Positions 50,401-64,000 of a stretch of 64,000 nt of DNA are shown here, piece by piece. Each line of letters starts with the position of its first letter. The first letter of the stretch is position 1. The notes below the pieces were generated by a model. The model saw only the letters and a program-made list of their open reading frames with translations, was not told where the DNA came from and did not search any database. The stretch is from Azolla caroliniana. Taxonomy: Eukaryota > Plantae > Polypodiophyta. The DNA lies in contig JBHGNT010000006.1 of assembly GCA_043228905.1 (NCBI GenBank), forward strand, positions 23,196,680 through 23,260,679. The letters run 5' to 3'. A program made the position numbers and the translations under genes.

Positions 50401-53400
50401 AATGGCATGGTGATGTTCGACATGCAATCCCTCAACACCTTGTTCATCGCATTCACAATGGGCACCACCATACGCATTTGAACTAATCCGAGAGGGGTCT
50501 ACATCATCGTGATGTCCCTGCTTTCGACGACTAGCTAGAATTGGTCATACCCGGATTATAAGTCGTTGACCTTCTGGAGAAGGTCTCCACGAACTCATCG
50601 ATTGTCGGCTTGACCCTTGGATTCCGGATCATCACTCTATCAATAGATTGCATGTCCTAGATGAAACCTAGTGTGTCGTTCTTCTTCAGTACTATGAACC
50701 ACCAATTCGAGTAAGGGACGCTCGACGGTTTGAGGATCCCTATATCGACTTTCTCCTTGACTAGCTCCAGAAACTGCAGGATGTGAGCTCTCGGCACCGG
50801 AATCGGTTTGAGACTCCATGGTACATGCAGTACCGTAAAGATGTCCATCGGCTCCATGATCTTCGGGTCAATGCACCCGATCTCCCCTGGCGAGAATGCA
50901 AAGGCTTTCCCGTGCTTATCGAGCATTCTCCAAAACTAGTCTTCTTCTACCGGCATTAGAAAGCCACCCCTACCTATCTTTAGCTTCCGTAGCGTCTCCT
51001 CCATGAACTGGTACCCTATGCCGGCCGGATCTCTGAAACTTGGGTTGTTCCCCACTCCTTTCTTCCTCTCCTAGTTCTCCTCTTGTAAGGGTTCCGGGAT
51101 TGGCCTCACCTTCTAGTCCATAGTCTTATACTTCATGTTGACTCAAGTTGTCTGGTCCAATCCAAGCCTCTTACTGAAGTCCGCGATGACTTCATACATT
51201 CCGATGTAATTTACCATAATGACTCGGTCTCCTCTTAGATCCTTCTCAATTACAGTGTCAATCTCCGCGAGGGTTTCGTCAAATGACACCACCTCCATGG
51301 CTCTACTGATCTCATTGTCAGGGACCAAGGTTCTACATGCCTTCAAGCCCCTCTCGATCCGTCTTTTCTCCCGGCCACCAATGTCGGTTATGGTACAACG
51401 TCTGCTGTCGGAGAACCAAAACTTCCTACTTAATGTACAAGTGTGGGGTTTCTTCCAATCATCCGGCCTATTGCGGCCCAACCCCCTGATAGCCCTCAAT
51501 GGCTCTGTCGAGGGCGCCAGAGCCCTCGCGTGCGCTCAGTATCCGATCCACGGCCGAAGCCATGGCCTCTGCAAGATCCGACCCTTTCATCTTCTGCTCT
51601 TCTGCCGCCTCTTTCACGTCGGGTTCACCAAGATGTCGAGGTTTTCCTCGCGGATGCGTGGAATGAGGCGGAACCTCGGGGGTCCTGTACCAAAGAGCAA
51701 GAGAGGAGGGGAAGAATCCCTCTACGTGCGAGCGTAGATCCACAAGGACACGGCCCTTCGACGCAAAGACGCAAGTGGGACAGCGACACAGAAAGACACG
51801 AATGTATGTATGTATTGACAAAGACAAACAACAAGAACACGAAGACAACAAAACACGAAGTCGGTTACAACCGACCAGGCCGGCGAACAGATGCCGATAC
51901 CTGCTCGTAAACGCATAGAGAGGAAGGAGTAGGTTGGAGGTGCTGCAGGAAGCACTCGGCCATTCCTCAGAGCAGCGCGAGCCTCCCGAAACCTGCACAG
52001 AAGGAAGCTATGGCGTTTGCAAACCAGAGAGAGAGAGAGAGAGAAGCCTTCGCACGCAAACCGACAGCACTTCGTCCTCCACTCCCCGTGATCCTCCTCG
52101 TCTCCCTCCTTTTATAGGCAAGGAAGGAGCCGTTTCCCCTTTACTTCCTACCTACCGGATCTACCTAGGATCTCCTATGTACAACATAAGGCGCACGTGC
52201 ATGAAGAGTCGATTTCTACGCTCCGGTGCACCGATTCCGCTTGTGGACGGTTTTCTTCACGACATCCGCCCCCACCTAACCGCGCATCCACCGGCATGCG
52301 CCAAATTGTGTTGGGACGGAGAAAACCGGTCCAGCCTTCATTCTCCGCCCGTCGGTTCTTCCTCGGTTTCGGATCGCTCATCGTCGCGGTCCAAGTCAAC
52401 CGGATCCGGCTCGTCGTCGTGACGCTTCTTGAACGCTTTGATCCGCTTCCCAGCTACCGGTATCGCCATTCTCATACCGTCGAGTTCCGCCAGATGGTAC
52501 GTCCCGTTGTCGTTGGCGCTTTGTACCACGTAAGGCCCGAACCACCTTCTTGCGAACTTCCGTGTCGCTCGATGCTGGTTGTCAAGGCTGCTGTCGTAGA
52601 CTAGCACCCAGTTGCCTTCCTCGATCTTCTTCGGTCGGAGCCGGTGCGTTCGGTCGAACCGGGCTTTGTTCCTCATCCTTGCTTCCCGAAGCTTTTCCGC
52701 AGCCTGCTCCACGTCCTCCGGTCTTCGCTCGAGCTGTTGTATACGCGCCGCCAGCAGCTCCTCCCGGCTCATCTCGTCTCTCCAGTCCACGGTTGCCCAT
52801 GAGGAGATCGTACATTCCATCGGCATGACCGGCTTCTGCCCAAACATGAGTTCTGCCGGCATGAATCTGGTTACCAAACTGTGTGTAGTTCGGTCCGCCC
52901 ACAACGCGTAAGGCAACAGCCGCGGCCAGTTCCCGACTCGACCTCCGCATGCCCGAACTAACGCCTTGACGATCGGTCCGTGTCCGCGCTCCACCTTCCC
53001 ATTCACCTCCGGATTGTACGCAGTGGTAAGCGAGAGCTTGACTCCTAGCCGGTCGAACAGCTCCTCGGCCTCTTCGGCGTCCAACTCCCCGCGATCAGTC
53101 ACGATCTTCCCGACGCACCCGTACCGGCATATCACGTCCTCGATCAGGAACCGACATACAACCGCGGTCGTTTTGTTCTGAAGGGCTCGGCCTTCCACCT
53201 GGTTCGTCAGATCTTCCCGAGCCAGGACCAGATACCGCATCTGTCCTATGCCCATCGGCATCGTCACCAGATCTACCATCCATTTGAAGTGGATGGTCGG
53301 AGGGTACGTAGGGTGAAGCTCGTCCCGATGCCGGACTATGGAGTGCATCTGACAGCTCTCGCAAGTTGTCACGAACCGATGCACGTCCCGGTACAGTCCC

Positions 53401-53597
53401 GACCACCAGTACTTCCCCTTTATCTTCTCGAACGTGGCCCACGTTCCACGGTGTCCAGCCCAAGGGCTCTCGTGGTAGGCCGTCAGCAGCTCCTCCTGTT
53501 CTTCCTTCATCGCCACCACCCGGAGCGGGACGCCGTTCCTCTTCTTCGGGTGCTTCCATAAGTATCCGTCCCGGAGAAAGAATCCGTCCCGGAGGAT
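47425..53597 (-). mobile_element. Ty3/Gypsy sequence: INT, PPT, LTR, gag, RT, RNase H (twice), INT, with a central LTR
   Basis: Open integrase at 52338-53519 (HxxPWAGH..CESC, DLVTM, DRGE, KVERGH, GPY). PPT at 52265-52276, LTR about 51721-52264. RT PFLDD at 50226-50477. RNase H pieces at 48462-48900 and 49546-50000. Decayed INT at 47430-48250. Confidence 0.85.
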
Positions 53598-53599
53598 TC

Positions 53600-55294
53600 A
53601 ACAGGGCGCGTCCAAATGAAAACAATCGTCAGCATAAGGACCAATGCCGTTATGACGAAAGTTCAGAGGATGACCGACGTCAAGAGCCACGCTAGGAATA
53701 CCGTCAACAACCCGGAATAATAGGTGACTGCAGCATAACCGAGACGAACAAGCAGTACCGGCGGAAACTAATACACCTCGGGTAGTAGAAAGAGGCGAGT
53801 CCACCATACTCTGTTTCGTGTGTCAATAACCTGGTCATTATGTGACGCAATGTCCACGTCCAAAAGGAAAGGAGGCAGCCGTGAATACCATCACTGCAAA
53901 AGTCCAACAAATCACAACATGACAACATGCGAAGAATGCAGACTAGGCAGAACAAGATGAGAGACACAAGGCAGCCCAGGCCTAGGTAGAAAAGGCAAAT
54001 GCGGCAAACGCAAAGCGTATGAAGCAGGAGTCCGCAAACGACAATTTGCTGATGAAAGAAAACACATCATCATTGGATCCCATATGGCAAGCATTGGCGG
54101 ACTGTGAGATAACAATGACCATGGAGAAGCTTCTTTGACTGGTGCCACGATTCCGGTAGGAAGAGGAAAATTGCATAAGGGGCACAACTGGATTAGAGGT
54201 CTCAGCAAATTTTGCGGAGTCTAGTACTAAGCCAACAACTATAGATCATCATAATCCAGCCATTAATAGAAACCGAAAATATAAATATGTTGGAAAGAGT
54301 AGATGATATAGAGCTTGAATCGTACCTAGATGATCAACCACGGATTGTTCCATTATTTGAAATTGATGTAATAGAAACTGATGCGGAATACGCCCCAACT
54401 AATACGCTTCAGAAAGATGAATATGAACCGAACCCAGAGTCTCTAATGGAGTTAAGTAGAGCACGCACAATGTTCGAGACAGAAATGGAAATCTCATGGT
54501 GAGTCACGGCTTGGACATTAGAAGAAGTTAATATCGGAGCCAATGCCAAAACCTCGGAGGAATGATCCGGACATTGAACCAATGGAGCCGGCCCTGATCA
54601 CGTGGAGTAAAGATGACAACATGGGAACTCACAAACCGGCCGAGCATGGTGAGGTGGACGACACATAATTGGATGAGCCGGTTGAGCAGAACAACAAAGC
54701 ACCTACGGACGTCACACCATCTCCGAACCATGTCGTACAGATGGAGCCGAACATCCTGGACATTTTGAACGAGGAGTAGAGGGATGGGTCCGATGTGCCA
54801 TGGCACTGTCCCACATGCGTGCTAGGTATTGTCCGCCAGAATGGTAACCGCGGAACCTAACGCTTAAATGAATAGAATATATTATTAGAAGAGTTAAAGA
54901 AATGCATGTAATGGTTCACTCTAGGAGCGTAATGGACTAAAAGCCCTATGTATATAAAGGGCAGAAATCCTTTGTAAAAAGCTAGTGTGTATTTGGAGAA
55001 CTACCTTCAGTAACACAGGACTATCTTGTCTAATTTCCTTGTTTGTGCAAGTTGTCTACTAATTACGTGTTCTACTCCGTGGTAACTGTGGGCTAGTAAG
55101 CGTAGGGTAAGTGTGTATATGATATCATACACTAGTGAGCTTTGGTTATAGCCGTCTCCCTTCAGGCCCAGACGATACACTTTGCCTTGTAAGCCGGTTA
55201 CAATTCACGCACATACGGATCTATTCCTTGCACCACAATCACCATGAAGTCTACCTCGAAGAACTAAGAGTAGACAGTGTTCCTAACCGGTAAC
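53600..55294 (+). mobile_element. 3' region and LTR (about 54807-55294) of another LTR element
   Basis: The end ..aaccggtaaca and internal blocks match the solo LTR at 31322-31829. A purine tract lies at about 54771-54788. The left boundary is uncertain. Confidence 0.55.
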
Positions 55295-55974
55295 AAAAAG
55301 GACGAAGTTGGCACCCGATGCAACAAAGTGCATATTTCTCGGTTATGGAACCGATGAGGACTTCGGCTACCAACTATGGGACCCTGAGAACCGGAAATTG
55401 ATCCGGAGCAGCGACATAGTCTTCAATGAAGCCTCTATCTTCTCGCAACAGAACCAACAGAAAACAGTTGGTAAGAAGGTATCCTTCGAAGATGAAAGCA
55501 CTGTCGTAGAAGGATCGAACCACCGGGCCGAATCAAAGACCCGACAAACAGTCGAACTCCAACAAGCTGCCAACTTCCCTACAACAATCGGCAACAAGTC
55601 CTATCGTCGAACTCAATGACAAAGTCATCAAAATAAAGGTAAAGTCACCAAGAGACAAGTCGTAAAAAGTCGACGATAACCACAGGGGAGGACAACCAGA
55701 CACCATCGAAATCCCAATCTGGGGGCGGGACACCTAACAAGACTCCTGATACAGATGGTTCAACTAAAGCTGATCGACCAACAGAGTTGATCGAAGGATC
55801 CGAACCAAACATCTCGGCACCCAGGAGATCTGGACGAGCTTGAAGGCAAACAGAGTTCTACCAACCGGGCCTCGACTACAGCAACTACACGGATGAAGGT
55901 GAACCAAGCACCTATGAAGAAGCTATGGTCGCACCGGATGCCGATACATGGCTACAAGCCATGAAATCCGAAAT
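55295..55974 (+). mobile_element. Copia fragment (post-integrase region to RT start)
   Basis: KLAPDATKCIFLGYGTDEDFGYQLWDP...RSSDIVFNE and EPSTYEEAM..WLQAMKSE. Confidence 0.8.
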
Positions 55975-58900
55975 TATTAGAGATATGCCCTAATGTAAGC
56001 ATACGATAAGGATAAAAGAATGATAGATAGATAGATAGTGTTACAGGCATGACCATATAATATCCCGTGGTGAGAATTTACCGTAGTATTCTATACATGT
56101 GGATAAGTGTGAGGGTTAAATGAGAGTGTAAAGAAGGGGAGGATTACTTTTAAATCCTCAGGATTGAGACAACCCATTAGGCCAAGTGTGAACATGGCTG
56201 GGGGCCTTGGGTATCGCTATAAATAGAGGCCTCATTTGATTAACTACTTGGCTACGTCGAGACTCTGTCTTGTGGTAGGTCAACTCTTGTAGCGGGTGCG
56301 CCAGCACCAGGTACGAATCAACACCACGGCGGTGGTATGGGACACCGATCGAGGCTCGAGTCCGTCTCGATCCCTTTGCTCAGGGGTGGTCGGGTGGATC
56401 GGCACCCTTCTTCCTCTCTCTCCTTTCTTTCTATCTACCTAGATCTATCCTTATCTAATGCTTACTTTAGTACATGTCTCTAATATTTGGTTTCAGTGCC
56501 TATGTACTAATGTTTCTCTTGTTGGTCTTATCTTCTCGATGGATGGCGATCGATCGTTTTGCGGTTGGCGTTCATACAAACGAGGATCAACATGGAACTT
56601 CGGTAATCTTTCTTGTTATTTTTTGGTCTATTTTTTCTTCTCCCATCTAATCATGTGTATGGTTAATATGTAGATTATTTTCATTAATCAAATGATGTTG
56701 TAGTGGTATTTAATATGTGCACAAGGTCAATACCTCGTTTGACATATAAATAATATGTGATGACTGTCGTATGCGTACGAGGTTAATACCTCAATTACGT
56801 ATTACGTTCACGAACATATGTTACGTTTGCGTATGAGGTCAACACCTCGATTTGGTTGTAAATGATATGCGTTTTGTCTCATATGCGTAGGAGGTCAATA
56901 CCTCAATTGCATATTACGTTGAACCCTTATTTTTGGATGTCTCGTGTGCATATAGGTATATGCCTCGATTACATATCTCGATTACGTCATTTTTGGCTAT
57001 TAAATATAACAATTTCTTTAATATAGGCATATGTGGTCACATGTATACGTAGTTGATCGTATATATGTGATAATATACATATGTGTATATAAGTTATTAC
57101 GTGATTTTAAATCGAATGTTTTCCTTTTCGGGGAAAGGATCTTGGTGGCCGTCCTCACATTTTCGTGAGAATAGCATTGTCACCATCCCTTTTTTCAACA
57201 ATTTTTTATTGTTGAAATCCCCGTTGGTGACTTCGATATTTCATTACGTAAAGAAACGTTGTCGTGCCTTTCGGCTCTGGATCGTTGCGTGAGTTGGGTG
57301 GGAACCGCCGAGGTTTTGGACTAGGAGGAAGAGGAATACAACTTAAGGCTAGTTATGAATAGTGGAAAGAGAAGTAAGATAGCAATCTCGTGAATCCCAC
57401 GAGTTTAGTATATTTAAAACAATATTTAGATTATAAGAGTAATTTAGATGGCAAAATTCGTGAATCCCACGAATATATTAGATTGATCAATCCTTGTATA
57501 TTAATCAACAACCTTATACATATTTCTCTCCTCCTTATATAAAGATGGAAGAGGCTAAGCATGGCTTCATGCTTTTTCACCAAAAGTGTCCATACACACT
57601 AAATGTGCATGTGATGCTTTGTCATTTCCTAAATATAGGGCTCATGCACGCTAGATGTGCATGAGTCACTTTTAATGTCACGTGTAAATAAAATATTCAC
57701 ACCCTAATGAATACATGATTTTTACCTTTTAATAAAGGTATGTGTAAATAAAGGTCTTATACGTATTAAATCTATATGTATAACACTAAAGATAAGTTAT
57801 TACAATGGTAAAGTTGAGGTTTATTTATGTGGAGGTGTAGGGTTCGAATCTTGCCCTATGCACGTGATAAATATTTTGATATATTATTTATTTATTTATA
57901 TGTATCTAAAATCGGATATATTATTTTATGGTTTTCACGTAGTGTGTGGAATACACCACGACAACGCTATAGCCATAATGATTTTGAGTACGTAGGGCTT
58001 GACCTACTTCATGTGAGGTCGCTCTTATGACACACGTATCCAACATCCCTCCCTCATTACATGGATACGATGCCACCATGAGATCATTCTTACGAGAGGC
58101 ATTCGTACTGACGTGACCATGTGATGGGCCACGTGGGCTACTACAAAAAAAGGGCTCATTTGTCTTGAACATTAGGTTGCACTTTGGCGTATGCCATCGT
58201 AATTACGAGACTTGAGGGTAGGTAACGTATCAACATAGTTGTAGTAAATGAGGGCGAAATAAGGACTCTTGACATATATGTTTCTTTAAAGAAAACATAT
58301 GTGGGCAAATGCCTCGCATATCTCTTATACACATAAAACATTAAACATTCAAGAAGAGCAACCTACTTGGTTGGCTCAAGTGTTTAATGCCTTTGTTCTC
58401 GAGGTCTCGAGTTCAAATATGACCAAGACCATACAACATCGTTGATACATATGACTATAACACATGTTTAGACTTGAGGTCTAAGTGCACTTCGGGGTCC
58501 TCGTAATAGGACTTAAAGAGCCAAAAGTACATATGTGTGCACCGAAACATTGTTTATTGTTAACATTTTTTTCGTGTATAAACTATTCATGACGCAAACA
58601 TACATGGTTGAGCCTTGGGGAGCTGCCATGAAAAAATCGATATAGAGATCAGGGAAAAACATTAAATTGTCACCCCCATGGTTTTTAAGACACCTTTGTG
58701 TTACCATAGTAACCTGATCTTGAACCTCATCTCATACGTCTAGAGGGGTATTGACGTGAGATAATGATATCGATTAATGCTCGGCCATGATAGGTTTACA
58801 TCACGACATCATGTTATGACTATCTCTCTGACCTTATCCTATTTCTTTTCCAGAAATAATTATTTAATGGCTCAAAATAACGACCCGATGTCCTCCACTC

Positions 58901-61900
58901 AAGCGGAAGGAACTCAAGGGAATCCTCTTGGACAAATGTCCATTGAGATGTATTTTTCGCAAATAACCCAATACCTTAGTTTCACCACTCAACAGATGAC
59001 CGAACTTCGGCAATCTCAAAGTGCTCTTGAGGCACTTGTCATTAGTCTACAACGTAAGACTAATAGACCTGATGAGCGACAGGGTGAACCATCGTTTGTC
59101 GTTAAGACATTTACGGGAGACAAAAAGGAAAGAACCGAAGAAGCAATCTGCACGTGGCTGGGTCGATGGGAGTCTCATTTTGAGCTCTATCCCACGCCAA
59201 ATAGTACAAAGATTGCATATGTCGGCCGAGAACTAGGGGGTAAGGCCGTCGCCTGGTGGCGTGGGCTCTGTACTTTGGGGAAATTGCCCGATACCTGGAC
59301 AGATTTTGTCACAGTTTTCAAGGGCCAATTTTTACAACCTCCCTCTCGAACCGAGGCAGCACAAGCTTTAATGAACCTCTCTAGTAGGAAGTTTTTCTCG
59401 CTAGAAGATTATGTCCACCATGCTAGAACCCAAATCCAAAAATCGGGTCTAGAAGGGGACAATTGGTTAATAGCTTGTTTTGTCAATGGAATCCCCAATT
59501 CAGACTATCATTGGATAGTGCACAATAAGGATCCAAAATCCTTTGAAGAGGCTGTTGAAATAGTTCTTCGCTATTAACGCACTTCAACGAAGGACCACAA
59601 CAAACCCAACGAAGCGCTCGGGACTAAGCAATCGCAATTCGCTGGGAAACGCAAGACACCCAACGAATTCATGGATCGTGATTGTAAGCGACAACATCCT
59701 TTTTGCGTATTCTGCAAAAAGAAGGGTCACAAAAGAGCAATGTCGAAAGCTCCAACGGAAAGAGCACGACAACAAAGCTAAAACTGCAGACCATAAAGGT
59801 CAGATTCCTAATGTCCTTCAGGTCTATACACATCATTTAAGTAATTGTTAATGTTATTTCCCTCACTATGTATTGGGTCCCAATGATTTACTACGTGCAA
59901 ACGGGTATATCAATGGATCTCCCATACAATTTTTATTTGATTCGGGAAGCTCACACAACTTTGTGAATGATCGTTTGGTTTAGATATGGGGAATCCAGCC
60001 CACTGTAAGTGATCACACCTACATGGTGCACTTGGCTAACGGAAGAGTACAATACATCAACGGGGCGATTCATTCATTAGGAATTTCTATTGACACTTAT
60101 ATAGAGGAAGTAGACTTCCATGTAATGAATCTTTGTACCACTGATGTAATACTGGGTTATCCCTGGTTCTATAATAAAAGCTCTTCTTTATCTATTGATT
60201 GGGTTCATCATTCAATTACATTTGTACTAAACGATTGTACTCATTTTATTCAATGTGTAAAAAAACAATCCCTCTCGATTGTTTCCTCATGTCCATCAAT
60301 ATTCGAGTTGTCTTGTTCTACTCTATTTTATTGTGTAGTTGATCCGGACATTCACGTTTACAATATCAATAATGTCTCGGTTCAATTAACATATTTTGAA
60401 CAACAACAACTTGATGAAATCTTAAATGATTTTCGTGATTTTTTCCGAGTGAACTACCAGATGGATTACCTCCTAAACGTAATATAGACCATCGTATAGA
60501 TATTGTACCTGGTGTTGCACCAATAAGTATACCTCCTTATCGCCTAAGTCGATCCAAAGAGGATGAGGTATCTAAGCAACTCAAGGACAATTTACGAATG
60601 GGTTATATATGTTATAGTAAATCTCCATGGAGTGCACCAATTCTCTTGGTTAAAAAGAAAGAGGGCACATGGCGTATGTGTATTAATTACCGACACTTGA
60701 ATAAAGTGACGATCAAGAATTCGTATCCACTGCCCCGGGCTAACGATCTAATTGACCGTCTCCAGGGAGCTCGGTATTTTATGAAACTTGATCTCCGTAC
60801 TGGCTACCATCAAATTTGTATACGTGAGGACGATGTTCCTAAAACGGCATTTCGTACGTGCTATGGCCATTATGAGTTTTTGGTTTTGCCTTTTGGTTTG
60901 ACCAATGCTCCGGCTACATTTCAACAAGAAATGAATGACATTTTCCTAGAACAACTTGGAAAATTTGTCGTTATTTTCTTGGATGATATTTTAGTTTATA
61001 GTCGTACATTACAAGAACACGTTAAACATGTCTGCTTTGTTTTACAAACATTGTGTGACAAACAGTTTTATGCGAAGATCTCAAAATGTGAGTTCTTCAA
61101 GAAATCAATTACTTATCTTGGACATCTCATAACCAAACGAGGAGTTGAAATTGATCCTTCTCGCATTGAGAAAATCAAGCTTTGGCCCACTCTTCGGAAT
61201 ATTCGAGAAGTTCGATCATTCTTTGGTTTTGTCGGGTTTTTGTGAAAATCTCTTCGTAATTACTCCCAATTGACGACACCAATTTACTGATGTTCTCAAA
61301 GGTCAAACACATAAGTCTACAAAACCTGTTGTGTGGAATGCTACACTAGACCTCACCTTTAAGGAACTCAAGGACCTAGTATGCAAGGCTCCTTCACTTC
61401 TTTTATCCGATCCTTCAAAACCTTTAGAGGTTGAAACCGATGCAAGCGATTATGCTATAGGTGTTGTCTTATATCAAGATGGTAAACCAATAGCATTCGA
61501 GAGTAAGAAACTTGATTCTACTCAATGTTGGTATACTATTCAAGAAAAGGAATTATTTGCAGTTATACATGCGCTCAAAACATGGCGCCATCATCTTTAA
61601 GGAAATCACTTTGTGGTAACTACGGACCACGAGTCCTTGGAATATTTTTGTGACCAACAAAACCTGGAAGGTCGTAAGGCACGATGGGCTGATCTCATCC
61701 AGGACTTCGATTTTTCCATATGATATTGTAAAGGTTCCATGAACACTGTCGCTAATGCACTGAGTCGCATCCGTGAAGTTAACATGGTTAGCTTCACTGA
61801 AATATCATCAGATCTTTATGATCACCTTCGAGGGAAGTATCCTGATGACAATTATTTTGCAAAATACTGGGCAAGAGTTGAGTCTACCACCACCACAGAC

Positions 61901-62662
61901 ACCACCACATCCTCGAAGGAATACTTCCACATTGCTAACGGTCTGCTCTACCGTAATGGGAAGGTTTGTGTTCCAGATTTAGCCGAGGTCAAAAAGAGGA
62001 TTCTTTTTTAATGCCATGATGCACCCTCAATAGGGCACCCTGGAATACATTGTACACTCGTTCTCATCCCCACTCAATTTTATTGGCCTAAGATGCGTCC
62101 TGCCATACATAGTTATGTGACTAAATGTCACCAATGTCAGGTTAACAACGCCGAGCGACTTAAAGCCATAGGACTTTTACATCCGTTGGACATTCCCAAC
62201 AATAAGTGGGAAAGTATATCCATGGATTTTATTGTTAGCCTTCCTCGCACCCAAAAAGGCCATGACGCCATCTGGGTTGTGGTTGATCGACTAACTAAAA
62301 TGGCCAGATTTATTGCCCTAAAACCACGGTAACAACTCTTGAATTGGCTTACCAATTTGTTGACGAGTTATTTCGTTTTTATGGGTTACCGATGGATATC
62401 GTGAGTAATCGAGATCCAAAATTTACTTGTGACTTCTGGATGCAAGTCTTTAAGAAGTTAGAAACTACGTTGACCATGAGCTCCACGGATCATCCTCAAT
62501 CCGATGGACAAACAGAACGAGTAAATCAAATTATTGAGGACATGCTTCGAGCATATGTTGGTGCAAAACCAACAAAATGGGAACGTTATCTCCCAATTTT
62601 GGATTTTTCTTATAACAGCTCCAAGCATACGTCGACAGGATATAGTCCTTTTATGTTGATGT
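55975..62662 (+). mobile_element. Ty3/Gypsy (chromovirus-like pol) element with a long 5' leader, decayed, interrupted at 62663
   Basis: LTR 55975-56485 with inverted ends tattagagatatg/catgtctctaata. PBS-like tggtttcagtgcc at 56488. gag from 58867, protease FLFDSGSSHNF at about 59930, RT (FLDD) at 60598-61245, RNase H ETDASD, INT ISMDF..DGQTERVN. Confidence 0.9.
56715..56975. repeat. 56-bp-period repeat with GAGG-N6-CCTC hairpin core in the Gypsy leader
   Basis: Cores at 56723, 56779, 56835 and 56891, plus a degenerate one at about 56953. Confidence 0.75.
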
Positions 62663-64000
62663 TGTTGGGAGACAGGTCCCTCCGGATGGGAAGAGAGAAG
62701 AACAGTGCCGATAAACAAACTCGGCCGAGGCCGATAGGCCAAGGCCGAAACCGGATGAGGAGTACCTAGCTACGGAGAGCCGGATGGTGCAGACCTGGGG
62801 AGATCCGGATGAGGAGTACCCGGCTACGGAGAGCCAGATGGTGCAGACCCGGTGAGATCCGGATGAGGAGTACCTAGCTACGGAGAGCCGGATGGTGAAG
62901 ACCCGGTGAGATCCGGATGAGGAGTACCCGGCTACGGAGAGCCGGATGGTGCAGACCCGGTGAGATCCGGATGAGGAGTACCCGGCTACGGAGAGCCTGA
63001 TGGTGCAGACCCGCTGAGATCCGGATGAGGAGTACCCGGCTACGGAGAGCCGGATGGTGCAGACCCGGTGAGAACCGGATGAGAAGTACCCGGCTACGGA
63101 GAGCCGGATGGTGCTGACCCGGTGAGAAATGCTCACCGGACGAAGAGACATATTCGTAAATATGTTTCTGAGAGCCCATTGAGGCTATATTTGTAAATAG
63201 CCGAAAAGTCATATTAGTATAAATATGACTTAGGGCAAACTTATAGTAACTGTTGTTGTCATTTTTCTTGTTGGTGCAAGAAGAAGAGAGAGCACGTAAT
63301 AGTGTACAGAGAGAGAGAGAGAGAAAGAGGTCGTTGCCTCTGTTGTAACCACCGCCTATGGCAAAGATCGTGAGCACGAGGTCGTTGCCTCCGTGAACTC
63401 ACTGTTTGTTCATTCCAACATAGTGATAGTGTGCAGCCTGTGGGCTGCCGTGGTTTTTCCCATAGTTTGGGTTTTCCACGTAAACATCCTGTGCACCTTT
63501 TCTCTCCTTTGTGTCGTGTTTTTTTTCGTTTCCTGTTTTTCTGTGTATGAATCTAAGCTCGGTTGTGGCCGATCGTTGTGCATAAGGAGCGTTGAATTCA
63601 TGACAAGTGGTATCAGAGCGAAACGAGCCAGAAAATGGACGAATCGTTTGGCGCCATGTTCAAGCTCACCGGCTCCAACTATTCAGTGTGGAAGTCGAAG
63701 ATGAGGGACATGCTCGTGGTTAAAGACCTCTGGCTGCCAGTTCAGTTCGGGGACAAGAGACCGGACAAAATCGACGCCGCGATATGGGAGGTGATGCACA
63801 TGAAGACAACGGCGTACATACGGTGCTTCATCGACATGAGCCTGTAAAACAACTTCAATGAAGAGAGCAAGGCTCATGAGCTCTGGGAGAAGATCGGCAT
63901 AATGTTTCAAAACAAAAATGTTGTTAATCAGGTTTCGGTATTCCGGAAGCTAGTAAGACTCCGGTACCAAGATGGCTCCAGCATGGCGAAGCACATGAAT
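62663..64000 (+). mobile_element. Copia-B family element (5' LTR, PBS, start of gag), runs off the window
   Basis: LTR 62663-63605 with about 7 x 54-bp repeats. PBS tggtatcagagc at 63608. gag MDESFGAMFKLTGSNYSVWKSKM from 63635 with a premature TAA at 63845. Confidence 0.95.

Noticed and set aside
56715-56975. CRISPR-like repeat-spacer array
   Set aside because: Alternate spacers are similar to each other (112-bp dimer), so it is a diverged tandem repeat inside a Gypsy leader.

Overview
Eukaryotic, repeat-saturated land-plant DNA (fern/lycophyte-like by inference). It holds one apparently intact host gene, a 3-exon CYP71-clan cytochrome P450 (3998-5782). The rest is a 5'-truncated LINE and a deep stack of nested Ty1/Copia and Ty3/Gypsy LTR retrotransposons and solo LTRs. 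The standout is a cut-and-paste DNA transposon family with two bounded copies (6944-26334 and 30798-35565) and a third transposase fragment (about 46864-47420). It has 36-bp TIRs starting AACACGTTCGCG and a GTAT 4-bp TSD at both bounded copies. It carries a Sola-like DDD transposase and, divergently, a spliced gene for a ParB/Srx-like domain fused to a prokaryote-type beta-class amino-DNA methyltransferase (DIPY ... DLFSGT). The first intron of that gene contains an array of 23-bp palindromes (AACTCGATAC-N3-GTATCGAGTT) spaced at about 31, 41 or 51 bp, i.e. whole helical turns. All copies here are decayed by stops, frameshifts or deletions. All calls were made by eye; no database searches were run.
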